A DNA stretch of 25,283 nt from a virus. Its lineage: Duplodnaviria > Caudoviricetes. Shown one piece after another: positions 1-9,421 of the stretch. The first letter of the stretch is position 1. Every line of letters begins with the position of its first letter. Under the pieces are notes generated by a model. The model was not told the origin of the DNA. It did no database searches and saw only the letters and a program-made list of their open reading frames with translations. The stretch is from positions 1-25,283 of the IMG/VR virus record IMGVR_UViG_3300030328_003742; one strand, written 5' to 3'. The position numbers and the translations under genes are program-made.

Positions 1-2
1 GA

Positions 3-146
3 ATAGGACAAACCAGTAAAGTGACATATGTTGATTTAATGGCGGAACATACCATAGACGAAAAGATTGTAAAATCATTGAATGCTAAAATAGATTTAGC
101 CAGTCAAGTGATGGGAGAAGATCCTAAAAAGATATTATTCAGCTAA
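3..146 (+). CDS. SNF2-family (SF2) DNA helicase, C-terminal fragment (5' truncated by the window)
   Basis: Manual translation from position 3: IGQTSKVTYVDLMAEHTIDEKIVKSLNAKIDLASQVMGEDPKKILFS*. (R)IGQ..V.Y.DL....TIDEKI is the typical post-motif-VI tail of phage SNF2 helicases. Not in the ORF track. Confidence 0.85.
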   Translation: MGQTSKVTYVDLMAEHTIDEKIVKSLNAKIDLASQVMGEDPKKILFS

Positions 147-338
147 TGCTCTTTCGAGCAATACTTCGAGTCTTATTACTCGTTCTTTTATTTCTGGGAT
201 GTCTGACAATATTATTGCTTCTAGTTGGGTTTGTTTTGATTCAACTGCTTGTAATCTTTGTGTCATCATTCCGTAGGTTACCCCAGCGGCTACGAGTATT
301 AAACCAAACCAAATAATATTTTTAAGACTATTTTCCAT
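135..338 (-). CDS. Small membrane protein with an N-terminal TM helix and a coiled coil (possibly lysis-related)
   Basis: IIWFGLILVAAGVTYGMM hydrophobic stretch followed by a heptad-like helix. TAATG-coupled to the upstream gene at 338. Function is a guess. Confidence 0.65.
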   Translation of the reverse strand: MENSLKNIIWFGLILVAAGVTYGMMTQRLQAVESKQTQLEAIILSDIPEIKERVIRLEVLLERALAE

Positions 339-1327
339 TATATATTAAAATTACTTGCTGCCTTTAACGGCTGATAATCTAGGTTATTTAAAGATGCAAG
401 CCCTCCTTGATTTAAATTCATTCCCATTAAGGCGTTCAGGTCAGGTTGTCTAACTAAATAATTATTATCTTTGTATGATTCCATACTAGGGGGTATACCT
501 AAGAAATAACTATTGTCAAAACCCCCTCTGAAATCAGAAGGTAATTTAAATACTCTTTCAAAATCAACATCGTCTGTAATCTGAAAATTATCGGAAAAAT
601 CTTTAGGGTATCCACTATGTGGAAATCCTTGATTATAACCAAAAGGCGCATCCATATAACCATAACTTTCACGATTAAATTTTGGTTCTTCTGTTTGCGG
701 TGGTAAATTTTTTCCACCCCAATTTGTAGGTAATAGACTTTTTAAACCTTCTAGTGTTCCTCCTATTTGGTTACTAATTGAATCTAATCCTTCCCCAGTT
801 TTCTTTGCACCTCCACTAAAACCCTCAAGCATCTTTCCCCATAAATTGTTACCCATTATTTGGTCAGGTAAGGTTGTCATCGCTAAATTAAATCTACCTC
901 CTATAGGAAATTTATCTTTATAAGCTTCTACATTTTTATCTCCACCGGTTATAAAGTTGTGTATTTGTTGTTGATAGGCAGTAGGTGTTGAAGGCGCATA
1001 AAAGTTATAAATAGATTTTTGAGCTTCTGTCATTTCATCATAAGGAATGGCTTGACCATCCTTTGTCATTTTATCATAAAATTTATGTTTTCTTTTTAGG
1101 TAAGCAGGAAGACCCGCTTTATTTTCCCATACACTTTTTTGATTAACAATTTGATTTAATCTTTGTTCAGGAGTTAAAACATTGTTTCCTGGAGTATTAC
1201 CTGCTTGTGAACCAGATCCCGTATAACCACCACCAAAAGGTTTAATAACAACAGGATCCATCGCATTCGGATCATAAGAATCTCCTCCTGGTCCTCCTGG
1301 ACCCATTTGATTATTTCCAACAGCCAT
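338..1327 (-). CDS. Hypothetical protein, probably internal virion/ejection module
   Basis: 329 aa with a Gly/Pro-rich N-terminus and a C-terminal LNQGGLASL motif; same operon as the large internal-virion-type genes. Confidence 0.7.
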   Translation of the reverse strand: MAVGNNQMGPGGPGGDSYDPNAMDPVVIKPFGGGYTGSGSQAGNTPGNNVLTPEQRLNQIVNQKSVWENKAGLPAYLKRKHKFYDKMTKDGQAIPYDEMTEAQKSIYNFYAPSTPTAYQQQIHNFITGGDKNVEAYKDKFPIGGRFNLAMTTLPDQIMGNNLWGKMLEGFSGGAKKTGEGLDSISNQIGGTLEGLKSLLPTNWGGKNLPPQTEEPKFNRESYGYMDAPFGYNQGFPHSGYPKDFSDNFQITDDVDFERVFKLPSDFRGGFDNSYFLGIPPSMESYKDNNYLVRQPDLNALMGMNLNQGGLASLNNLDYQPLKAASNFNI

Positions 1328-1336
1328 TATATTCTT

Positions 1337-4300
1337 TTATATCCTTCTTTGTCCTAAAGCAATGGCTTCATCTAAGTTTCCACCTGCTAAGGCTATTCGT
1401 TGATCTGGGTTAAGAGGAGCATCTACTGCACCTGCATTTGGTAATTGCGGAGGAGCTTGTGTTGCCGCTATATTATCCGTAAAAATTGATTCTACTTCTG
1501 TATCTTCTTCCAACGGAACAGTATTTTCTCTTTCAGAAGGAGGAATTGTTCCACTATCAACACCTCTTATTACATTTGCGTAAAGGTCTTCGTCTTGTTT
1601 AAATTGTGCAACGTTTTGATAATCAAGATCTGTATTTTCTCCCCATCTTTCATTCATGTAGGCACGTTTGGATCCATCATTAATAGAATCTACAACACCC
1701 TCATAACCAGAACCATAAATCCAATCTAAAAATCCTAAAGGATCTTTCATTACACCGCCAATGTTGTGGTATTGTTTTGGTATATCACTTTTTACATCTT
1801 CTCTATCTAAAAATGTTCTTAAAAATTGTGTCATTGCTGCACGTTGTGCACCTACACTTGCATCTGGTTCAACAATTCTTGTCCATGCTTTTAAAGAATT
1901 AGGATCAGATAAAAATGCTGCTGTTTTTCTTGCTAATAATCCTGTCATAACAGCCGTGTATATTCCTCCTGCTGCCATTCCTCCACCATAAGCCACGGGC
2001 CCAGCACCCATTGTAATCATACTTAGACCACTTCTAATACCACCTAGTGATAAACGACGTGCAATCATTTGAGATGTAGATCCACCTATATTTTGATCAA
2101 GAATTCTTTTTTGAATTGTTGCTAATTGCTGAACATTACTTTTAAAAGCATCGCCACTTTCGCCTGCTAAATCCATCATACGTTTAATACCTGGATCATC
2201 AAAATTTACATTTCTTAAAAACTTGTCTGGATTAAATATTTCTTCTGTAACATCTACGACTTGTCGTGTTCCATTAGGCATTGTAACTTCTCTTGCCACT
2301 GTTGCAGTTTTATCCAAAGAATTTCTAAAAGCATCTGTAATCCAAGCTTGTACACCGTTTTTATACGCTGTATTTCCTATTAAAGCATGTAAGTCTGTTG
2401 CGCGTTGAGGTGTAATACCTTTTCTAAATAACATTTTTCCAATTTCATCGGAGTATATAAATCCAGGCATTTCAGGTCCAGCCTGAAACATGTTTTGATC
2501 AACTAATTTAAATGTTTGCGCTGTTGGGGATTTATAGAGAGGTGCCATTTTTGCAAACGTGTCGTTTGCTCTTAGTAAAGATTTTTTAGCCGACTCTCCA
2601 ATTAATAGTTCTTCTGGGTTTAGTTCTTTAGACCAATTAGCAAAATCATTCATGTCAGCCGTAATAGCTTTACGTAATGATCCTAATAAAGCAGCGCCTC
2701 CTTGATCTTTTTTAAGGGGTCCTGAAATTTCAGAAAATAACATGTTAATTTCTTTTTGAAGACCTCTTACATTTGATGCATTAATATAATCAGGAAGATT
2801 AGAAATTTTATCAACAATAAATTTATCAATTTCTCCTAATGTTGGTTCAAACTGATCTCCTGATCGTAATCTAAATCTCATTGCTTCAATTGTGTTTCTT
2901 AAATTTTCTCCAACCATGCGTGCATTTTTTGTAGGAATAAAAGGTTTAGAAATTGATCCTGCTTTTTTTTCAAAATCTTGATACAACATATTATTAATAA
3001 AAGAAAAACGTTGGTATCGTTCCATTGCTTTTTTAGAAGCAAATTCTCCTATTTCTGACATATGTTCTATAGGAGCTAATTCATTAACACGGGCTTCTGC
3101 TTCAATCATATCTACCCATCCATTATAACCCGCATCTTTAGCGCTTTTATTCATTTTTTTTCTTACTGCACTAGGAAAATCTTTAAAACTATCTTTGTAA
3201 AATTTTTCTATTTCATCCATTGGAATATCATCGCCGTATCCTTTAATGGTACTTTTTGCTGCTTTACTCATTTGAATAGAAGATAAGGTTAATTTGTCTG
3301 TCATTCCTGCTCCACCAAAGAAAGGAATTTTACCTAAAGTATTTTTATATTTTTTTGCTGTTCCTACTGTTGGTCCAAATCCTCGTGTGCTTGCGTGTGC
3401 AGCCGTACTAATTCCTATAGGAGCTCCATACATTTCTCCAATATCACTCATTTGTTTTGCTGGTCCTTCTAAACCAAATAAATATCTTCCTAATATTGGT
3501 CGGGTAGCCGCGGCTAATGGTCCAAGACCAGCGGCCCCCATTGTCCACATCATTGCATTTCTTCCTTCAGTAAGAGCAGCTAAAGCTGGAGTAGGAGCAT
3601 CTTGTGGGTTTGCAATTCCTTTTGTTCTTCTTATCCCTGCATTAACTAAATCATAAATAAGAGATCCACTTGCTGCACCTGCTGTTGCACCCGCAACTGT
3701 TCTTACAGCATCTCCTGTCATTCCTCCCATTACTTCTTGTGCTAAACTTTTCGGCATTTTAGATCCGCCTGGTACTTTTTTTGTTAAAATTAAGGAGCCA
3801 AGAGCACCAATCATATCCCCGGCCATAACAAAATCTTTTTGGTCTCCAGGTATAGCGTCTCTCAACATTGAATCAAAAGCAACGCCTTTGTTTTTTAAAT
3901 ATTGTTTTGGCCCGTTTGTCCAAATATCGAACATGCTGTCACTACCTTCAATAGCATCTCTTACTTTTGCTTGTCCTTTAGCACCGTGATATTTTTCTTT
4001 CCACCCTTGCATTAATTCCTTGTAAGGATCCTGTCGAAGTCTATCTTCTTTCATTACTGCAAGGCGTGCATCTATTCCTTGAAAAAATTTATCATTATTA
4101 TAATCAAAGAGTTCTTCTGTAATAGGTTTTAATTCTCTTTTTTCTCTCTCTTTATTTATAATATTAATTACGGCTGCTTTTTCTGTTGGAGTTCTAGGAT
4201 TAAATATAGATGCTCCTTCTTTTGTATATTTGTCTATAATTGCCGGAACATTTCTAGAAGCTGCTGTTCCAGGCGAACCTGAAGTTGCTTCTTCCATAAC

Positions 4301-4408
4301 ATTAAAACTTATCCATGTTGATGCATCATTGGGATTACCTACTCCTGTTCGAGCTGGCTCTAATTGTACGTTTCGGTATCCTGGTGGTGCTAAATCTCTT
4401 TCAGCCAT
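1337..4408 (-). CDS. Large internal virion (DNA ejection) protein, putative
   Basis: 1023 aa, predicted largely helical, Cys-free, with Gly/Ala-rich membrane-compatible segments (AGATAGAASGSLIY; WTMGAAGLGPLAAA; GAGPVAYGGGMAAGGIYTAVMTGLL). Last large gene of a small-to-large series typical of podovirus ejection genes. Confidence 0.7.
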   Translation of the reverse strand: MAERDLAPPGYRNVQLEPARTGVGNPNDASTWISFNVMEEATSGSPGTAASRNVPAIIDKYTKEGASIFNPRTPTEKAAVINIINKEREKRELKPITEELFDYNNDKFFQGIDARLAVMKEDRLRQDPYKELMQGWKEKYHGAKGQAKVRDAIEGSDSMFDIWTNGPKQYLKNKGVAFDSMLRDAIPGDQKDFVMAGDMIGALGSLILTKKVPGGSKMPKSLAQEVMGGMTGDAVRTVAGATAGAASGSLIYDLVNAGIRRTKGIANPQDAPTPALAALTEGRNAMMWTMGAAGLGPLAAATRPILGRYLFGLEGPAKQMSDIGEMYGAPIGISTAAHASTRGFGPTVGTAKKYKNTLGKIPFFGGAGMTDKLTLSSIQMSKAAKSTIKGYGDDIPMDEIEKFYKDSFKDFPSAVRKKMNKSAKDAGYNGWVDMIEAEARVNELAPIEHMSEIGEFASKKAMERYQRFSFINNMLYQDFEKKAGSISKPFIPTKNARMVGENLRNTIEAMRFRLRSGDQFEPTLGEIDKFIVDKISNLPDYINASNVRGLQKEINMLFSEISGPLKKDQGGAALLGSLRKAITADMNDFANWSKELNPEELLIGESAKKSLLRANDTFAKMAPLYKSPTAQTFKLVDQNMFQAGPEMPGFIYSDEIGKMLFRKGITPQRATDLHALIGNTAYKNGVQAWITDAFRNSLDKTATVAREVTMPNGTRQVVDVTEEIFNPDKFLRNVNFDDPGIKRMMDLAGESGDAFKSNVQQLATIQKRILDQNIGGSTSQMIARRLSLGGIRSGLSMITMGAGPVAYGGGMAAGGIYTAVMTGLLARKTAAFLSDPNSLKAWTRIVEPDASVGAQRAAMTQFLRTFLDREDVKSDIPKQYHNIGGVMKDPLGFLDWIYGSGYEGVVDSINDGSKRAYMNERWGENTDLDYQNVAQFKQDEDLYANVIRGVDSGTIPPSERENTVPLEEDTEVESIFTDNIAATQAPPQLPNAGAVDAPLNPDQRIALAGGNLDEAIALGQRRI

Positions 4409-6099
4409 TATCCGCCCCCCGGTATAGTTTCACTAAATCCTGTATTAATTTCTTTCTCTCCGTACGGGGAAATAGTTTCAACGTCTTTTTGTACTTCTAC
4501 ATCCATAAATGATGTAGGTTTTTGTCCTAATAAAGCTTCATCTCCGTTTAAGTATTTAAATTTTGCTAATTCATTTTGATACATACTTCCTAATTCTTCT
4601 TCAACAATATCTAAACTTGCTATAACTCGAGAAATTGGAATATTAAAATCATATAACTGTAAAGATTTTTTTGCATCTTCAATATCTTGAACATTTAAAC
4701 GACCACTTGGTTTACGTTTTCTTGCTAGTGCATAGTAAATAGAGTTAATACGCACAATATTTTGTACAATATCTTTATCATACCCTTCTCTAATTAAAGT
4801 ATTTGAATTAAAGTATTTATTGTAAACAGGATCATTTGTAGCATAATCCGTTCTTCCTTGTGTATCTGGATCATTATAATAAGACTGACCTAAATCATTC
4901 ATAATACTATTTTCTAATCTTGCGGTTGCAGCATTATATGCTTCACTATCAATAACTCCTGTTTGGGCTAACCAGTCAGCAATATCTAATGCTGTTCCTC
5001 GAACGTCTTGTGCAAATCCTTTAATTAAACCTGGAGCACCAACTTTAGCGCCACCTTTTGCCATGGTTAATTTAATATCTTGAATAAATTGTAAAGCGTT
5101 TCCTGCTGTATTAACTTTATCAGCAGTCGCTAATATGTCTTTTACGTTATCACCTAATACTCCTGCGTCACTAAATTGGAATGTTGCTTTTACCGCTTGT
5201 TTACCTAATTCATAATCAGGTTTATATGTCATTTGCCCATTTTCGACGACGGGTAACATATTAATAGGTCTTCCATCCGCATCATAATCAACATATCCTG
5301 TTCGGTATTCAGGAGAACCTGACTTTCCGCCTGGTACAGCAAACACAACAGGTTTTTTATTAAACCCTTCTATTAAAAGTTTTGCATTATTTTCTAATGC
5401 TCGTTGATCATTATCATATTGGTAACTGTAAAAATTCTTTGCTAGCTCTCTTTGATATTCATTTGTATTTTGAATATTTTCCATATTAAATCCTAAGGCT
5501 TTTTCAAATAATTTATATTCTTCTGCATCTCTAGTGTTTCTTTGATTATCTAATGCATCTAAAATCCATTCTCTTTTTGCTCTCTCCTCCTCTTTTTCTT
5601 CTTCTCGTCGAGCTGCTTTTTGTTTTCTTTTTTGTTCATTAATTCCTGCTAGGTCTGCAAGAAAGTTTTCTCCTGCATGAGCAATAGCTGGTGTTAATTG
5701 ACCTCCCATTGTAGGTTTCATTAAATTTAATCCTAATCTAGCAAGAGCTAAATTTTTCTCAAATTTCATATTATCTTCTGGTGCAATTTCTACTTCTTCT
5801 GATGATTCATATATATCAGCAAAATCTTGAAATGATTTAGGCTCACCTGCATATTCGGTATACATTGATCTAATTTTTGCGGGATCTATTTCGGCTGCAG
5901 CTTTTGCATAAATTTCATCCATACCTAAAGGCTGTTGATATTTTGCATCTCCAAAATCAATACGAGGTACCTCTTTTCCCCCTACCGCAGCTGAAGGATT
6001 AGGATCTTCCGTATTTCCCCATTTAGGAATAATAGGCGCAGAAAAATCAGGTCCTACACTGTTTTGAAACATGGGTCTATTAAAAATACTTTCAGCCAT
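4408..6099 (-). CDS. Internal virion protein with a coiled coil, putative
   Basis: 563 aa; charged coiled coil (EQKRKQKAARREEEKEEERAKRE); N-terminal IFNRPMF; TAATG-coupled to the 1023-aa gene. Confidence 0.7.
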   Translation of the reverse strand: MAESIFNRPMFQNSVGPDFSAPIIPKWGNTEDPNPSAAVGGKEVPRIDFGDAKYQQPLGMDEIYAKAAAEIDPAKIRSMYTEYAGEPKSFQDFADIYESSEEVEIAPEDNMKFEKNLALARLGLNLMKPTMGGQLTPAIAHAGENFLADLAGINEQKRKQKAARREEEKEEERAKREWILDALDNQRNTRDAEEYKLFEKALGFNMENIQNTNEYQRELAKNFYSYQYDNDQRALENNAKLLIEGFNKKPVVFAVPGGKSGSPEYRTGYVDYDADGRPINMLPVVENGQMTYKPDYELGKQAVKATFQFSDAGVLGDNVKDILATADKVNTAGNALQFIQDIKLTMAKGGAKVGAPGLIKGFAQDVRGTALDIADWLAQTGVIDSEAYNAATARLENSIMNDLGQSYYNDPDTQGRTDYATNDPVYNKYFNSNTLIREGYDKDIVQNIVRINSIYYALARKRKPSGRLNVQDIEDAKKSLQLYDFNIPISRVIASLDIVEEELGSMYQNELAKFKYLNGDEALLGQKPTSFMDVEVQKDVETISPYGEKEINTGFSETIPGGG

Positions 6100-6101
6100 T
6101 A

Positions 6102-7151
6102 TTATTGACCATAAAAATTAGATAAAGCAGAAACTCCTGTAATACCTGCTCCTACACCAGCCGCTAGTGGATTAGTGTATGGTAAAGCTTGTTGCGACAT
6201 ACTTTGTTGTACAGAAGGAACGCCTGCTAAAATATCAGAACCAAATTGAATTCGTTGACGTGGTTCCATAGCTTGACCACTTGCGTATCTAAATAATTCA
6301 TCATACATTGCTTGATCTCTTGTTCTTCCTACTTGTCCTACACCTAGTAATGATTGAACACCTTGTGCACCTAATTGAGCTTGTTGAGCTCCTAAGTTGC
6401 CCATAGCTTGTGCTTGTCCAGCAAGTCCTTGTCCAAGAGAACCATAAGTTTGAGCTGCTTCTAATTGTCTTGCACGATTTGCTTCACTTGTTCCAATAGA
6501 TTGTTGTTGAGCTTGCATAAAGTTTTTAGAAAGATCTTCAAATATTCTTTTTGATTTAATGTCTTGTAGATTTTTAGAAAGTTCTGCTGATTGAACCCCC
6601 ATCCTAGATCCACCAAATGCTCCTACTTGTTGAGCTTGAGCTTCTAATTGATTCTGTGCTTTTTGAGCTTCTGCATCCATTTGTTTTAACGCTTCTTGCG
6701 TAACATCTGATTGATATTGATTCATAAAAGCTTGGGTGTTAGCAACTGTAGGATCATACGCTTGTTGTGCCGCCCCTAAAGACGGTAAACCCAATCCCAT
6801 AGTTGCTTGTGCCGCCCCTAATCCGGTTTTAGCTGTATCTAAATATGGTTGATAACCAGCAACTCCTGTTTGTTGTCCTGTAGTTGGGTCTATACCCATT
6901 TGTTGTGAAGCTAAATTAAATGCTGCTGTTTCTTGTGGAGCAAAACTTGCTATTCCTCTTCGAAATTGTTGAAGCGGTGTATCTAATATTCCTGGATCTT
7001 TTTTATCACCTATTTTTTTCCCCGGTGGTAATGTATCACCTTCTTCATAAACTTCTGTTCCTCCGTAAAGAGTATCAAGAAGTCTTCTTCTATAGTCTTC
7101 TAAAAAAGGTGCTTCTCTTGCAATTTGAGTGGACGTTTGATTTGTTGCCAT
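6102..7151 (-). CDS. Gln/Ala/Gly-rich DNA transfer/pilot-type internal virion protein, putative
   Basis: Q/A/G-rich helical repeats, a GAFGGSR motif and a hydrophobic Gly-rich C-terminus (PLAAGVGAGITGVSAL); TAATG overlap at 7151. Confidence 0.72.
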   Translation of the reverse strand: MATNQTSTQIAREAPFLEDYRRRLLDTLYGGTEVYEEGDTLPPGKKIGDKKDPGILDTPLQQFRRGIASFAPQETAAFNLASQQMGIDPTTGQQTGVAGYQPYLDTAKTGLGAAQATMGLGLPSLGAAQQAYDPTVANTQAFMNQYQSDVTQEALKQMDAEAQKAQNQLEAQAQQVGAFGGSRMGVQSAELSKNLQDIKSKRIFEDLSKNFMQAQQQSIGTSEANRARQLEAAQTYGSLGQGLAGQAQAMGNLGAQQAQLGAQGVQSLLGVGQVGRTRDQAMYDELFRYASGQAMEPRQRIQFGSDILAGVPSVQQSMSQQALPYTNPLAAGVGAGITGVSALSNFYGQ

Positions 7152-8047
7152 TATACTCTTTTTCCTACGTTAGCTAATTTATCTTGTAAAGCATACATAA
7201 AATCAGCTCCTTTTTTTCTTGCCTCTTCTGCATTTGTAGCTCCCATCATGATTCCCGCACCATTAACAGCGTCAGTTTTTTGTACAAACTCGCCATCACT
7301 TAACATTGCAGGGATAGAATCACTTGTTTTAGTACCTGGACCATTTATAGATCCAGTTTTACGAGGAAAACCTCCCCCCGCTAACCCGACAGGGTATCTT
7401 ACTTCTTCCATTTCTGAAATATCCATTATACCTCCGCCTGCAGCGTATACCGCTTCTCCTGTTGTTGGATTAACTTGAACACTTAGATTTTCAATACGAC
7501 GTCCTTCAGGGGGTCTTGCAGTTTGACCACCATACATTGTATCTATTGCACTCATATATTCACTTGCATCAGGTACGTATGCTTTTTCAGCATCTTGTTT
7601 TGCCGCCATATAAGATAAAATTCCAGGTCCTAAAGCTGCTAAACCTTGCATTCCTATTCCTGGGCCTGTTACTTCTCCCGCTTTATTAGTCGTAGGTTTA
7701 AAACTTTTTAGAATACTTTGTAATATATTAGATCCTTTATTATCTCCTCCTGATGTTATTACATCTTTTGCACTTTCAAATAATCCTGGTTGTCTTTGTG
7801 AAGGGGTAAATTGTTTTTTAAATAAGTTGGCTAAAGGATTCTTTCCTTGTTCTCCAAAAAAACCCATTTTACCACCAAGATACCCAGTGCCTGCTGCCAT
7901 AAGAGCATCTTTAGGTTTATTTCCTGTTAATAATGAAGCTATTCCTGTACCAATTGCTGATCCCCATGGACCGCCAAACGAAGCACCAATAAATGGAGCC
8001 GCTATTTGTAAGCCTTTTTCTAGTATTCCTTTTAATCCTTTAAGCAT
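7151..8047 (-). CDS. Internal virion protein with a glycine-zipper N-terminus and a GPGTxTSDSIPAMLSDGEFV motif
   Basis: IAAPFIGASFGGPWGSAIGTGIASLL N-terminus. The C-terminal GPGTKTSDSIPAMLSDGEFV motif is familiar from tape-measure/ejection proteins. SD AAGGAG precedes the ATG. Confidence 0.75.
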   Translation of the reverse strand: MLKGLKGILEKGLQIAAPFIGASFGGPWGSAIGTGIASLLTGNKPKDALMAAGTGYLGGKMGFFGEQGKNPLANLFKKQFTPSQRQPGLFESAKDVITSGGDNKGSNILQSILKSFKPTTNKAGEVTGPGIGMQGLAALGPGILSYMAAKQDAEKAYVPDASEYMSAIDTMYGGQTARPPEGRRIENLSVQVNPTTGEAVYAAGGGIMDISEMEEVRYPVGLAGGGFPRKTGSINGPGTKTSDSIPAMLSDGEFVQKTDAVNGAGIMMGATNAEEARKKGADFMYALQDKLANVGKRV

Positions 8048-8095
8048 AATCTCCTTAGCAATTTATGTTATTGAAAATGGGCAAGGAGGCTGGCC

Positions 8096-8124
8096 TTGAT
8101 TATAAGCCTATTTAATTGTATATT
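8096..8124 (+). promoter_or_regulatory. Putative sigma70-type promoter for the plus-strand enzyme/nozzle operon
   Basis: TTGATT (8096-8101), 17 nt spacer, TATATT (8119-8124). In the divergent intergenic region upstream of 8179, which has SD-like AAAGGAAG. Confidence 0.5.
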
Positions 8125-8151
8125 TATAGGCAAATTATTGCTATATGACAA
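8123..8151 (-). promoter_or_regulatory. Putative sigma70-type promoter for the internal virion operon
   Basis: Minus strand TTGTCA (8151-8146), 17 nt spacer, TATAAA (8128-8123). Confidence 0.5.
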
Positions 8152-8178
8152 TACATATTTGCAAGTAGAAAGGAAGTT

Positions 8179-8904
8179 ATGGCAAAGAAGAAAGAGGAAG
8201 TATTAAAATTTGAAGCTATTAGACCATTTGGTCCTACTATTCTTAGAGGAAAAATGCCTGACAGGTTAGTTAAATTGATGGATGATAAAGCATCAGAAAT
8301 GATGAATGATAAAAAATATTCAAAAGAATTTGATCACGCACCTCATCTAGCAGGTAATGTTAAACAAGAAACACGTTATGATCCTGCATGGCTTGGTTCT
8401 TCTGAAGCTCAACCTATGATAAATTTAATAGGAGAGATGGTTAAGAGTTATATTTCTATTCCACCAGCAAATGAAACTATTAGTCCTGAGTTTGTTGGTC
8501 AGATGGTTATTCAATCTATGTGGGCCGTGAGCCAATGGGCTGGAGACTTTAATCCTTTTCATATACACGAAGGTCAATTATCTGGTGTGTGTTATCTACG
8601 AGTGCCTCCAAGTTTACCAGAAGAATACGCAAGAGAAGATCACTACCCAACAGTAGGAGATATATGTTGGTTTAATGGTCAAGCAGCTACTTTTAGTGGA
8701 CATAAACATCAAGAGTCACCAAAGGTTGGTGATATATTTTTGTTTCCTCATTGGTTAGCACACGGTGTTTATCCTTTTAGAACACAAAATGAAGAGCGTA
8801 GATCTGTTTCTTTTAATTTAGAATTAATTAAAAGAGAAGAGGCCCCTCAAGTAGGAAACGCTGAAACTGCAAAACGAAAAGAATTTTATAATAAAAAGAA
8901 ATAA
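8179..8904 (+). CDS. 2OG-Fe(II) oxygenase-fold protein (HxH type, TIGR02466-like)
   Basis: FNPFHIH...LSGVCYL...LFPHWLAHGVYPF...RRSVSFN: HxH, distal His and 2OG-binding RxS. Confidence 0.85.
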   Translation: MAKKKEEVLKFEAIRPFGPTILRGKMPDRLVKLMDDKASEMMNDKKYSKEFDHAPHLAGNVKQETRYDPAWLGSSEAQPMINLIGEMVKSYISIPPANETISPEFVGQMVIQSMWAVSQWAGDFNPFHIHEGQLSGVCYLRVPPSLPEEYAREDHYPTVGDICWFNGQAATFSGHKHQESPKVGDIFLFPHWLAHGVYPFRTQNEERRSVSFNLELIKREEAPQVGNAETAKRKEFYNKKK

Positions 8905-8908
8905 TTAA

Positions 8909-9421
8909 ATGCAACATAATAAAAACACAAAATTTGTTATGTATGTAGACAATTTTCTTACACAAGAAACATTAGAATCTCTTCAAGAAACATTTCAAAA
9001 AATAAATTATACTGGAGTAAAAAACCCAGAAGGTCAACTTTATGGTCATAGACATACTTTTCCTCACAGTTTTCATAATGATCCTTTGTTAAAATTAATA
9101 AAAGATTATTTTTTTCCTCATAGAAACCTTGAGCCAATATCCGTGAGTGCTCATTTAAGAGAAAATAAAAAAGAACCTTTGTTTCACACTGATGATGATA
9201 AAGGAAATGTGGCGAATTTTCTTTTGTTTGTTAAAGGTGAACCTCTTCTTAATAATGGCACAGGCTTTATGCATAATAATCAATTATCATCACATATAGG
9301 TTTTGTAGAAAACAGAGCTTTATTTTTTAATGGTTTAAAAATATCGCATTCGGATCTACAATCTTTTGGAGATAGCTCTAATAGATATACACTTAATATT
9401 TTTTATAAAGAGCATAACTAA
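8909..9421 (+). CDS. 2OG-Fe(II) oxygenase (HxD type, GTGF/NRAxFF subfamily)
   Basis: PLFHTDD...NNGTGF...HIGFVENRALFF...SHSD...RYTLNIF. Confidence 0.8.
   Translation: MQHNKNTKFVMYVDNFLTQETLESLQETFQKINYTGVKNPEGQLYGHRHTFPHSFHNDPLLKLIKDYFFPHRNLEPISVSAHLRENKKEPLFHTDDDKGNVANFLLFVKGEPLLNNGTGFMHNNQLSSHIGFVENRALFFNGLKISHSDLQSFGDSSNRYTLNIFYKEHN

Noticed and set aside
499-8099. Track ORFs 499-717, 1761-1991, 2223-2408, 3294-3656, 4230-4427, 4315-4512, 6920-7177, 7125-7478 and 7827-8099
   Set aside because: Shadow or alternate frames lying within or across long, coupled minus-strand genes; no recognisable motifs or convincing SD.
8056-8143. Inverted repeat TAGCAAT / ATTGCTA as a long-range RNA stem
   Set aside because: Only 7 AT-rich bp, and the two arms would not lie on the same transcript from either predicted promoter.
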